Shown piece by piece: positions 10,916-20,586 of a DNA stretch of 55,861 nt (positions are counted from its first letter, which is position 1; each line of letters opens with the position of its first letter). The notes below the pieces were generated by a model, which was given only the letters and a program-made list of their open reading frames with translations, did no database searches and was not told where the DNA came from. This DNA comes from Chrysochromulina tobinii (lineage: Eukaryota). Location of the stretch: NCBI GenBank assembly GCA_001275005.1, contig JWZX01002659.1, positions 1-55,861 on the forward strand, given 5' to 3'. The position numbers and the translations under genes are program-made.

Positions 10916-13900
10916 ATGCTAAGCCGGCCGGGACCCCCGCCCAAGCTTTCGCACCAAACCTGGGTTGTCCAGGCGAACGGCACTGCCACGTTGAATGCCG
11001 GCGGCATCGCGAATGATGGCGGCGGTGGCGCTCTGGTGACGGGTTACTTCTCTGATGGTGATGCATCGTTCGGCTCGACGTCGTTCACAAGCCAAGGTCC
11101 CTCATGGTCCCCCGATCCCTCCGGCCCTAGCGACGCTTTCGTGATGCACGTGACGGCGATGGGTGCCATCGACTGGGCCGTCCAGGTGAGCAGCCCGTCC
11201 ATGACGCAGGCACGCGGCATCGCGAATGATGGCGGTGGCGGTGCTCTTGTGACGGGCTACTTCTACGTCGAGGCATCGTTTGGCTCGACGTCGCTCACAA
11301 GCCGAGGCAGTGCCGACGCATTCGTGATGCACGTAACGGCATCGGGCGTCATCGACTGGGCCGTCCAGGTGGGCGGCCCGGGAGCAGACCGAGGCTTCGG
11401 CATCGTGCACGATGGCGCGGGTGGTGCCCTAATGACAGGCGACTTCAGCGGCAAGGCATCGTTCGGCTCGACGTCGCTCACAAGCCGAGGCAGTGTCGAC
11501 GCGTTCGTGATGCACGTAACGGCATCGGGCGTCATCGACTGGGCCGTCCAAGTGGGTGGCACGGGCGCAGACCGAGGCTTCGGCATCGCGCACGATGGCG
11601 ACTGCGGTTCTCTGGTGACGGGCGTCTTCAACGGCAACGCATCGTTCGGCTCGACGAATCTCACAAGCCGAAGCATTGCCAACACGTTCGTGATGCACGT
11701 GATGAAGGCGGGCGCCATCGACTGGGCCGTCCAGGTGAGCAGCCCGTCCATGACGCAGGCACGCGGCATCGCGAATGATGGCGGCGGCGGTGCTCTCGTG
11801 ACTGGCTACTTCTATGGCGAGGCATCGTTTGGCTCGACGTCGCTCACAAGCCGAGACACGAGTGCCGACGTTTTCGTGATGCACGTGACGGCGGCGGGCG
11901 CCATCGACTGGGTCGTCCAGGCGGGCGGCACGGCCGACACTAGAGGCTCCGGCGTCGCGTACGATGGCCGCAGCGGAGGTGCTCTCGTGACGGGCGACTT
12001 CAGCGGCGGGGCATCGTTCGGCTCGACGTCGCTCACAAGCCGAGGCAGTTCCGACGCGTTCGTGATGCACGTGACGGCTGCGGGTACCATCGACTGGGCC
12101 ATCCAGGCGGGTGGCAAGCTGAGGGACTCAGGTTATGGCATCGCCCTTGTGGACGGCCGCGATGGCGTTGATGGTTTTCTCGTGTCAGGCACTTTCAGCG
12201 GCGAGGCATCATTCGGCTCAAGCACCCTTAGAAGCGACAAAGGAGCCTGCTTTGCAGCTCGTCTCATGCCGCCGCCTCCATCCCCTCCATCGCGGCCTCC
12301 GGTGGTGCCGCTAGCCTTCATTGAGAGTCCGCCCGGGAGCCCGCCCTCACTGAATCCATACCCAGCCTGGGCCGTCCAGGCGGGCGGCACGGCCACGTTG
12401 AATGTCGGCGGCATCGCGAATGATGGCGGCGGTGGTGCTCTGGTGACGGGCTACCTCTCTCATGGTGATGCATCGTTCGGCTCGACGTCCCTCACAAGCC
12501 GAGGCAGTGCCAACACGTTCGTGATGCACGTGACAGCTGCGGGCGCCATCGACTGGGCCGTCCAGGTGAGCAGCCCGTCCATGACGCAGGCACGCGGCAT
12601 CGCGAATGATGGCGGCGGCTGTGCTCTCGTGACGGGCTACTTCTACGGCGAGGCATCGTTTGGCTCGAAAGCCCTCACAAGCCGAGGCAGTGCCGACGCA
12701 TTCGTGATGCACGTAACGGCATCGGGCGTCATCGACTGGGCCGTCCAGGTGGGCGGCACGGGCGCAGACCGAGGCTTTGGCATCGCGCACGATGGCGCAG
12801 GCGGTGCCCTTATGGTAGGCGACTTTCAAAGCGAGGCATCGTTCGGCTCGATGTCGCTCACAAGCCGAGGCAGTGTCGACGCGTTCGTGATGCACGTGAC
12901 GGCGGCGGGCGCCATCGACTGGGTCGTCCAGGTGGGCGGCAGAGGGGTCGCGGCGGATGCACGCGGCATCGCGAATGATGGCGGCGGCGGTGCTCTTGTG
13001 ACGGGCTACTTCAACGGCAAGGCAACGTTCGGCTCGACAGTGCTCACAAGCCGAGGCGGTGTCGACGCTTTCGTGATGCACGTGACGGCATCGGGCACCA
13101 TCGATTGGGCCGTCCAGGTGGGCGGCCCGTCCAGGACGCAGGCACACGGCATCGCGAATGATGGCGGCGGCGGTGCTCTTGTAGCGGGCTACTTCTATGG
13201 CTCAACAGTGCTCACAACTGGAGATACGAGTGCCGATGCTTTTGTCATGCACGTGACGGCGGCGGGCGCCATCGACTGGGTCGTCCAGGCGGGCGGCCCG
13301 GCCGACACTAGAGGCTTCGGCGTTGCGTATGATGGCGGCAGCGGAGGTGCTCTCGTGACGGGCGACTTCAGCGGCGAGGCATCGTTCGGCTCGACGTCGC
13401 TCACAAGCCGAGGCAGTTCCGACGCGTTCGTGATGCACGTAACGGCGGCGGGTACCATCGACTGGGCCATCCAGGGAGGTGGCAAGCTGAGTGACTCAGG
13501 TAATGGCATCGCCCTTGTGGACGGCCGCGATGGCGTTGATGGTTTTCTCGTGTCAGGCACTTTCAGCGGCGAGGCATCATTCGGCTCGAACACACTCAAT
13601 AAAAGTGGAGACGCAGGAGCCTGCTTTGCAGCTCGTCTCATGCCGCCGCCTCCATCCCCTCCATCGCGGCCTTCGCACTCGCCGCGAGTGCCACCAGGGC
13701 CACTAGGGCCACCAGGGCTGCCCCCAGTCTCTCCTCTGATACCATTCCTGACGACAGCATTTCTGACGTTATTTCTGCTTCTTCTATGCGTCTGTCGTCG
13801 CTATCGCCGCCTGGTCGATAACTTAATTGTCTCGCGCGAACGCGCCCAGCTCGACCTGCGCATGCTCGAACACCGCGTTAACGCGGTTGAACTGCAGACT

Positions 13901-14728
13901 GATCCACAGGGTGGGGGTTTGCTTCCAGAGTCTCCGCCCAACTCAATCCCGCCCGGTCCACCATCCTCTCGTGGCATTAAGAGCAGTGGGGCTGGGAGTG
14001 GTGCTGGGAGCTCAAGTGCGAGCTCAAGCCATGCCGCGCCAGAGCCGCAGCATGCCGACCCTTCCCCCGTGCCAGCTCCCAATCTCGAGGTCACCGTGCC
14101 AACTTCAGCCCACCAGATGACGGTGCAATCGCAACAGCTCTTGTCGACTGCAGGCTCGTCCGGCTCGTTGGCTGCGCCGCCTCGCGCCCCTCCGCCGGCG
14201 CTCCCGCCGCCACCAGGCGACTCGGCCACGGCGGCAGACGGCGCTGCCTCGGATGCAGAGAAGGAAAGTGCTCGGAAGGCTCGCGCCCGCATCTACACCG
14301 AGTTTATTGCCGCCGTCCTCAAGTCGCCCTCGAAGAAGGCGAAGACAGGAGGGGGAGGCGTCGCCATGTCGTCAGCCGCCGGATCGGCCGGATCGTCGTC
14401 GGATCCGGTTTCGGCTGTGGCTGCGGCTGGAGCGGCTGCGGCTGCGACGGACGGCATGGCGGCGGGTGGCGCGGCGGCCGACGGTGCGGAGGCGCTGCCG
14501 ATGCCCCGTTCCTTTTTGTATTTGAATCACGATCAGATTCCACCAGGCTCGGTGCCGGGCGATGAGATCAACGTGTTCCACGTGAACGGCGGTCCCGGGA
14601 TGTGGATCACAATTCCGCCCCACTGGATCCCCGGCCATGGGCTGCGCTTCCAAAGCACGGAGCCAGCGCCCGAGGAGAAGGATGGAAAGGGGAGCATGTG
14701 GCAACATATGTTCCCGAGGCGAAGGTGA
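10916..14728 (+). CDS. Tandem double 7-bladed beta-propeller (SBBP-like) single-pass membrane protein with low-complexity cytosolic tail
   Basis: 1270-aa ORF with 14 ~62-aa repeats in two blocks of 7, split by a Pro linker. TM helix LIPFLTTAFLTLFLLLLCVC is followed by RRYRR. Confidence 0.85.
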   Translation: MLSRPGPPPKLSHQTWVVQANGTATLNAGGIANDGGGGALVTGYFSDGDASFGSTSFTSQGPSWSPDPSGPSDAFVMHVTAMGAIDWAVQVSSPSMTQARGIANDGGGGALVTGYFYVEASFGSTSLTSRGSADAFVMHVTASGVIDWAVQVGGPGADRGFGIVHDGAGGALMTGDFSGKASFGSTSLTSRGSVDAFVMHVTASGVIDWAVQVGGTGADRGFGIAHDGDCGSLVTGVFNGNASFGSTNLTSRSIANTFVMHVMKAGAIDWAVQVSSPSMTQARGIANDGGGGALVTGYFYGEASFGSTSLTSRDTSADVFVMHVTAAGAIDWVVQAGGTADTRGSGVAYDGRSGGALVTGDFSGGASFGSTSLTSRGSSDAFVMHVTAAGTIDWAIQAGGKLRDSGYGIALVDGRDGVDGFLVSGTFSGEASFGSSTLRSDKGACFAARLMPPPPSPPSRPPVVPLAFIESPPGSPPSLNPYPAWAVQAGGTATLNVGGIANDGGGGALVTGYLSHGDASFGSTSLTSRGSANTFVMHVTAAGAIDWAVQVSSPSMTQARGIANDGGGCALVTGYFYGEASFGSKALTSRGSADAFVMHVTASGVIDWAVQVGGTGADRGFGIAHDGAGGALMVGDFQSEASFGSMSLTSRGSVDAFVMHVTAAGAIDWVVQVGGRGVAADARGIANDGGGGALVTGYFNGKATFGSTVLTSRGGVDAFVMHVTASGTIDWAVQVGGPSRTQAHGIANDGGGGALVAGYFYGSTVLTTGDTSADAFVMHVTAAGAIDWVVQAGGPADTRGFGVAYDGGSGGALVTGDFSGEASFGSTSLTSRGSSDAFVMHVTAAGTIDWAIQGGGKLSDSGNGIALVDGRDGVDGFLVSGTFSGEASFGSNTLNKSGDAGACFAARLMPPPPSPPSRPSHSPRVPPGPLGPPGLPPVSPLIPFLTTAFLTLFLLLLCVCRRYRRLVDNLIVSRERAQLDLRMLEHRVNAVELQTDPQGGGLLPESPPNSIPPGPPSSRGIKSSGAGSGAGSSSASSSHAAPEPQHADPSPVPAPNLEVTVPTSAHQMTVQSQQLLSTAGSSGSLAAPPRAPPPALPPPPGDSATAADGAASDAEKESARKARARIYTEFIAAVLKSPSKKAKTGGGGVAMSSAAGSAGSSSDPVSAVAAAGAAAAATDGMAAGGAAADGAEALPMPRSFLYLNHDQIPPGSVPGDEINVFHVNGGPGMWITIPPHWIPGHGLRFQSTEPAPEEKDGKGSMWQHMFPRRR

Positions 14729-15553
14729 GCTGCGATCTGTCGTGTGCACCAGACAGCTTACCAGACACGCGACGAGACAGCGATCAGCGTACCATGTCAG
14801 CGTCCCCACACGGTACGGTAACGATACGGACACGTGGCGGTATGCTACATTCCCAACCCCAGGCCAGAGGGGCTCCGCCCATTGGTCTTGCCTGCAGGCA
14901 CTTCCGGAACCGGCCATGGCGAACGGCACTCGCTCTCGTCGCACGTCGGCCTGCTCCTCGATATCGATAAACTAGATTGGTAGTCGAGCCGCAGCTCATA
15001 GAACAGATGTGTTCCGGTATGTCGCTTGCGGTTGCATAATTTTCATACGTGGCACCCTGCGCCTGATAGCGCCTGAGGGTCACCCTCGATCAGATCGGAT
15101 ATCGGACTGTGTATCGTATTCCCGTGCGTCGCTATCGTGAGAATGCTATAATAATCGCTTCTGAGAACCAAACCCGATGGAGAATTCAGAATATGAATAA
15201 CTCAAGACGAACAGGGACGCTCAGACCCATCAATGGGTGTTTTGCCCCCGCCACGGATTTTTTCGCTTCGGGAGAGGCTTGGGAATGTAGCACTACCGAC
15301 GCACGCCGGACACGAAAACGCTACATATCCTCGGGGTTCCGCGCCTGGTCCGCGTAGACGTGACACAGTCGCACGAACGCTGGTTGAACGCAAACACCGA
15401 ACCCCGTACATTACAGTAAGCGGTGTCGTACCTGCCGTCTCGGCTTAATCGGTGTCGTACCTGCCACCTCGGCTTTTCCCGCGGTTCGCGCGTACCCGGG
15501 ACGGCCCGGCCCTCATGCGCGGACCCTGCTTGTGGGGGCGCGCCAGATCGTGC

Positions 15554-16203
15554 TCACTTGTACAGGTCAACCATCGGCGGTTTATCGCGATGCCGATCAG
15601 ATTTGACGCTCTCTGATGACGCTATGCCCGGTAACTTACTGGGCGGTGGTGACTCGGGCGAGGAGGCAAGTACTTGCTTCTTCGCTTCGTTATACTTGCG
15701 CAGGGCCTCGACCGAGAGAGCTGGGGATTTCAAACCTTTCGCCTCGGCTGCAATGAGTGCTTTCGCCTCAGGTGATCTCGATGTCGTTGCATTCATGTTG
15801 CTACCACAGCCACTGAACTGCTTCGTGAGACTGGTGATGGATGAGTCTCGTCGCAGAGCCTCTATCTCCGCACTCGTACTGCTGTCTGCACCGGTCGCCA
15901 CCGGCGACGGCCGCATGGGCGGCGATGGAGCTCCTCTTGGAGTTACTTGGTCGAGGGGCTTCCTTGTCACAGTCGAGACGTACCCTGCGAGCGTCGGTGG
16001 AATGTGCTCAGCAGACAACCTGGGGTGAATTGGCAGAGCACGCGGCACGCACTAGCAGCAATGCCCTTGGTCGCCCTGACCATGACCGGCCGCGTCCACA
16101 TCACTTCGTTTGTATCAACATTCCAGAAGTACGTGCGACCTTGATCGTCTTGAACCGCCTCCCAGCCTTCGGGCAGCTCTTCGGTTGTCGAGGCTAGGCT
16201 CAT
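15554..16203 (-). CDS. WW-domain protein, probably 2 exons
   Basis: LPEGWEAVQDDQGRTYFWNVDTNEVMWTRP is a canonical WW domain. Candidate intron 15985-16052 (GTGCGT...CGCAG) joins it in frame to the 15554 ORF. Confidence 0.75.
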
Positions 16204-16454
16204 AATGATTTCGTGGGAGCGACTCTCCAGGCTCTTTTCACGGGAGGGGGCCCCCTGACGCCCTCCATTTTCGCGGCGAACAAGATGATTAGGAATTCTA
16301 ATCATAGGAGCGTGGGCTTCTGCTCGCTACATGTACAGTCATGATACATGTACCACACGTCACTTGCAGCGACATGACAACGCGGAAAAGTATCGAATTT
16401 CCGCAAGTTTGACGGCGACGCGCCTCTCTCTCGCCTGTAAGGTGCTTCCTCACC

Positions 16455-16787
16455 ATGGCGCGCATGAATCGCAGGGACTGTCGCACGCGTACGCCAAAGC
16501 TTGGCAATGCCAAACTGGATCGCGTCGAGGCGCTCCAGAAAGCCATCCGCAAGGCCAAGAAGGAGGGGCGCCCGCTGCCGGCGCACGCAGAGAAGGGGCT
16601 TCCGGCTGGAGGCGCGAGCACTGCTGCAGCACCGGCGGCCGAGCTGTCGACCTCGGCGTCCGACTTTCTGAGTCAGATGCGCGCCGCCGCCGCAAAGGAG
16701 GTCTCGCAGCTGCGAGAAACAGCGGCAGCTCGCTCCAGCTCCAACAAGAAGCTTCGCGCAGCGGTACCAGGGGGCAGCAGTAGCTGA
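16455..16787 (+). CDS. Small basic hypothetical protein
   Basis: 110-aa ORF with an ATG start and gene-like GC-rich codons; no recognised domain. Confidence 0.55.
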   Translation: MARMNRRDCRTRTPKLGNAKLDRVEALQKAIRKAKKEGRPLPAHAEKGLPAGGASTAAAPAAELSTSASDFLSQMRAAAAKEVSQLRETAAARSSSNKKLRAAVPGGSSS

Positions 16788-16918
16788 CTCTCGAGTTTAC
16801 CTGAGAATTGTCTTTGCGTTTGAGAAATTGCCCGTAAAAACGCACATGCACGTACACATGCCCTTCGATGCATAGCAGGTCCAGCCTGTGTAGTGCCTCT
16901 GGGCGCCGCGCCGCGATC

Positions 16919-17977
16919 TCAGCCAAACTCCACCTCGCCGTCAGAGTCGTCCTTGCTGGTGCGTCGCGCAGACGGCGCAGCAGCACCAGCGGCTCTGCCC
17001 GCGCTCGGATGCGGCCCATCCTCATCATCCTCATCGTCCTCGTCTTCTGAAGAGGATTCCTCGCGCTCCGCCCTCATCGAGCCAAACTCCACGCTCGCCG
17101 GTGCACCGGGCCGTGCCAGGGCAACAACCGCAGGGGCAGCAGCCGCTCGAGCAGCTGGGGGAGGAGGAGCCATAGCCCTCGACGCACCGGCAGATGTGAA
17201 CGCCGCTGCTCCGGTCGCTGCCGTGTCTGCGACAGATGCCGGCGGCGCCGGCGGCGCCAGGGGCGATGTATGGGCCACTGTCGTCGAGGGAGGCGCCACG
17301 GCTGCTGTGGGCGGTGGTGGCGGCGGCGGCGGCACCGTGCTTGGTGGCGGTTCTACGAGCGCGGCCGGCGGAGGCACGACTGGATTCGGCTGGGTCATGG
17401 CAGCTCCAGGCGGTGGCGGCTGTGGCGGCGGTGGCAGCGGCGCAGCAGATGTCACTCCAACCCCTTGGACGGATGCCCACGCAGCCTCCGCCTCCTCGAG
17501 CGACAACTCGGCCAGGCCGAGAGTCGGAGGCAGTGACGGTGGGGCTGCTGCTTGCACGGGGCCACTGCGCGGATCTCGATAATAGCCTACGCCACTCTCG
17601 CCCGCACGGAATGAGAAGCCCGGACGAGCACCTCCGAAGGCGGCGGCGGCAATGAAGGCTGGCACGGCCTCGGATCCCAGATCAATCGCCGGCGGCGGAG
17701 GTGACGTCGCACTCCATGCGTCCGAGGGTGCGGCCAGCTGCGCGACGCGCGGTGCAGCGGACTCGGGCAGCACGTCCTCGTCGTCATCCTCTTCGACCGG
17801 CCTCACTGGCTTTGATGGGGCTGCGCCTCCCATCGCGGCGCCGAGCAAGGCCGAGTAGGCCGCGGAGGCCTTGTTTGCGGCAGGCTTCTTATTGGTCTTA
17901 AGCACGACATTGCGCGCATCCGCGCTGTCGCTCGCGAGCGCGGCCGACGCGCGCGCGCGGCCGACGAGGAAACTCAT
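16919..17977 (-). CDS. Pro/Ala-rich hypothetical protein with an F.GARPG..F..G..G.GYY.D motif
   Basis: 352-aa ORF with acidic tracts and the compact motif FIAAAAFGGARPGFSFRAGESGVGYYRD. Confidence 0.7.
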   Translation of the reverse strand: MSFLVGRARASAALASDSADARNVVLKTNKKPAANKASAAYSALLGAAMGGAAPSKPVRPVEEDDDEDVLPESAAPRVAQLAAPSDAWSATSPPPPAIDLGSEAVPAFIAAAAFGGARPGFSFRAGESGVGYYRDPRSGPVQAAAPPSLPPTLGLAELSLEEAEAAWASVQGVGVTSAAPLPPPPQPPPPGAAMTQPNPVVPPPAALVEPPPSTVPPPPPPPPTAAVAPPSTTVAHTSPLAPPAPPASVADTAATGAAAFTSAGASRAMAPPPPAARAAAAPAVVALARPGAPASVEFGSMRAEREESSSEDEDDEDDEDGPHPSAGRAAGAAAPSARRTSKDDSDGEVEFG

Positions 17978-18045
17978 GCTCCGGAACTACAAAGTGTGAA
18001 CGCGCGCGTTTTAGTCACACAAAGTATCGTGTAGACTTCAGCCCA

Positions 18046-18954
18046 CTATAGATGTACAACGTCTCCCTGAGCTCTATCCTGGCTCGCCCCACGTCTCTGC
18101 CTTGCCTCTGCAAGAGCCGCCGCAACGGCTTGCTGAGCCTCCGACAGCTGCTGCAACACCCTCACTGATGAAGCCGTCTTAGTGATGGCCGATGCATCCC
18201 CAGAGGCGTCTTCCTCAGCCTGGAGATCCGCAAGCTCCTCCTCCTCAGCACCGCCCCCGAAACTCACAATTTCCGCGTCGGAGAAAGCGATGGGTCTTCT
18301 CGCCAACGCTGGGGAATCCCCATCGAGCGGCCTGAAGAAGCTGTGCGCCGTGATGGGCGTACCCGTACTATCGCCATGGCCATCCTCTGGATCCCGACCC
18401 GTACGAGGTGGGAACACCCTGAACGCGAGTTTGGAGGCCAGTACGTGCGGCTGCTTCTTCAGCCTCGAGGCCAATCCTGCGTCCTCGATCCTGCAGATTC
18501 GGCAGAGACCATCAATCTCGCCGTTGGCAAGCAGCCAATCGATCAGCCGTTGGCGGCACGCATCGAGCTGCACCACATCTTGCAGCTCACACATCTCCGC
18601 GGCGCCTTTGGAAGCGTGCTCTGTTCCAGGGGGGCAGCTGTCCTGCCTGGAAGCAGCGCCGTCCTCGAGGCGCTCGTATCGCTTTTTGTATGCACGGGCG
18701 GGCACACGCGAGATCACACGGGCGGGCAGATGGACGCCGCTAGAACTGCGTTCAAGTCGTCCACGAGCTGTTGACAATTCCGATTGTGAAGGTTCTGACA
18801 CGCCTTCCTGCGAACCACACGATGCTGATCTTCTACGCCGATGGCGATGGCGGCGTGCGCACCATAGTACCACAAAGAGAGCAAATGTGCAGAGCGACCC
18901 CAGCAGCACTCCAGCGATTAGCACCGCCACTGACGATGCGTCCATCACACCCAT
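18046..18954 (-). CDS. Hypothetical N-terminally anchored membrane protein
   Basis: TM segment VAVLIAGVLLGSLCTFALFVVLW followed by a basic stop-transfer (RRHRHRRRR). Confidence 0.6.
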   Translation of the reverse strand: MGVMDASSVAVLIAGVLLGSLCTFALFVVLWCARRHRHRRRRSASCGSQEGVSEPSQSELSTARGRLERSSSGVHLPARVISRVPARAYKKRYERLEDGAASRQDSCPPGTEHASKGAAEMCELQDVVQLDACRQRLIDWLLANGEIDGLCRICRIEDAGLASRLKKQPHVLASKLAFRVFPPRTGRDPEDGHGDSTGTPITAHSFFRPLDGDSPALARRPIAFSDAEIVSFGGGAEEEELADLQAEEDASGDASAITKTASSVRVLQQLSEAQQAVAAALAEARQRRGASQDRAQGDVVHL

Positions 18955-19196
18955 GCTCGCACGAGGTTGGACAAAGACCCGCCATTTGTGGAAGACACTG
19001 GGAAGACAGTGTCTTCTTTGAAACAGATGCATGCCGTCTCAACCGTGGAGGAGTAGAGAGTAGAGAGTGAAAGCGTGTATACGCCGTGAAAACCGGAGCT
19101 GCCGTTCTTCTAGCACCTCCGAGTGGTGGTCGCCGACGTCCCTCCTGTCGCTCGCAGAGGCCACGCTCGGCGTGGCGCATCTGCGGTTCAGTGGCG

Positions 19197-20132
19197 ATGA
19201 CTTCACTTGGAGAGGGTCCTTTCGCGGACAGGGCTCGTGAGGTCGCCGTGTGGCTCCTTGTAACGGCGGCAATCGTCGCCGCGGCGCTTTCACGCGAGCT
19301 CAGCTGCACTGGATTGCTCAGTTGCACTCTCGACATGATACATGACTTTGAGTTCCAGGTACGGTGCGCATTGTCGCTGCCGATCGCCTGCGTCATCTAC
19401 CTTAGCTTTGGCTTCTTCGCCAACTCCATGTTCCCGCGGACGGTCATCGAGCGCGGCGCACGCCCTCCAGTCCATTCGTGGCGTCGCTTCGACGGCGATG
19501 TGAATTGGAGCATCGTCGGCCTTCTTGCTGGCACGCCAATGATCCAAATCATCCACCACGCGAGCGACAAGTATGGCGTCGCGTCCGGCATGCGCCTCTA
19601 CAAAGACCCTCTGGAGTACGGCTGGGTATGGGCATTCGCGCAGGTGCCAGTGTACCTCGGACTGTGGGATCTCGTCTTCTATGTGCTGCACCGCTTCGTC
19701 CTGCACCACCCCATGCTATACCGGTACATCCACGGGAGTCATCACGCGTTTCGCCCTCCGACCGCATGGGCTGGCATTGCCGTTGGACCGATTGACGTGA
19801 TCTTCGAGGGGATCCTGCCCTACGCCGTACCCCTCTTTTGCGGATTGCCGTTTCACGAGTACACGGTGAACGCGGTCAATGCTCTCCTCACACTCCATGC
19901 GTGCGTGCTGCATTCGGCGTGCCACCGCCAGTACGGCGAGATCTCGGGCTGGCTCGGCTGGCTAATGATCTCGCCCATCGGGCACAACATGCACCACAAC
20001 TTCGGCGAGCGCAACGCGTGCAACTTCGCGCCCATCTTCAAGATATGGGACCGCGTCGGCGGGACACTCAACGAGGGGGAGCCCTTTTGGTGGGAGAGTG
20101 ATCGCAAGGCTGCAGCGACCAAGGGCCAATGA
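19197..20132 (+). CDS. Fatty-acid hydroxylase superfamily / sterol desaturase (C-5 desaturase-like)
   Basis: His boxes HRFVLHH, HGSHH and HNMHH, ending NFAPIFKIWDRVGGT; several TM segments. Confidence 0.88.
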   Translation: MTSLGEGPFADRAREVAVWLLVTAAIVAAALSRELSCTGLLSCTLDMIHDFEFQVRCALSLPIACVIYLSFGFFANSMFPRTVIERGARPPVHSWRRFDGDVNWSIVGLLAGTPMIQIIHHASDKYGVASGMRLYKDPLEYGWVWAFAQVPVYLGLWDLVFYVLHRFVLHHPMLYRYIHGSHHAFRPPTAWAGIAVGPIDVIFEGILPYAVPLFCGLPFHEYTVNAVNALLTLHACVLHSACHRQYGEISGWLGWLMISPIGHNMHHNFGERNACNFAPIFKIWDRVGGTLNEGEPFWWESDRKAAATKGQ

Positions 20133-20586
20133 GGACAATCATAAGCGTTGTCACCGACGCGAACGACCGAGATGGGGCGATTTGGGGCGAGTCGAGAGAC
20201 GGCGACGCTCCCCTACGGAACTCGACTGTGTGAGGTTCGTATGAGCACGTTCGCGAAGAGCGGACGGTACGGTTCGGTTGTAAAAAAGCTATGTTGGAAC
20301 ATAGATTCAACATCCCAGGACGTCATCCCAACGCGCGACGCACGTCCACGACCACCGAGAACGAAGACCCGGCCCATGCACACAGCAGAATATCGAAAAC
20401 ACCGCACGTAGGGACCCACACACAACATGGATTGCTTCTGTCCGCGCCAGCCTGCGCAACACGCCTGCGCTATGGCGCTCCTTCCGTCCCTCTGCGTCCC
20501 GATTCGACGCGCATTTTACCGCCGCATGGCCCTCGTCCGCATTGCTGCCCTTCCATTGCGACGGCGTCGGCGAGTGCTTCGGCCTC

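Noticed and set aside
15421..15476. 29-nt tandem duplication CGGTGTCGTACCTGCC..CTCGGCTT
   Set aside because: Two copies only in a 3'/intergenic region, with no further support for function.
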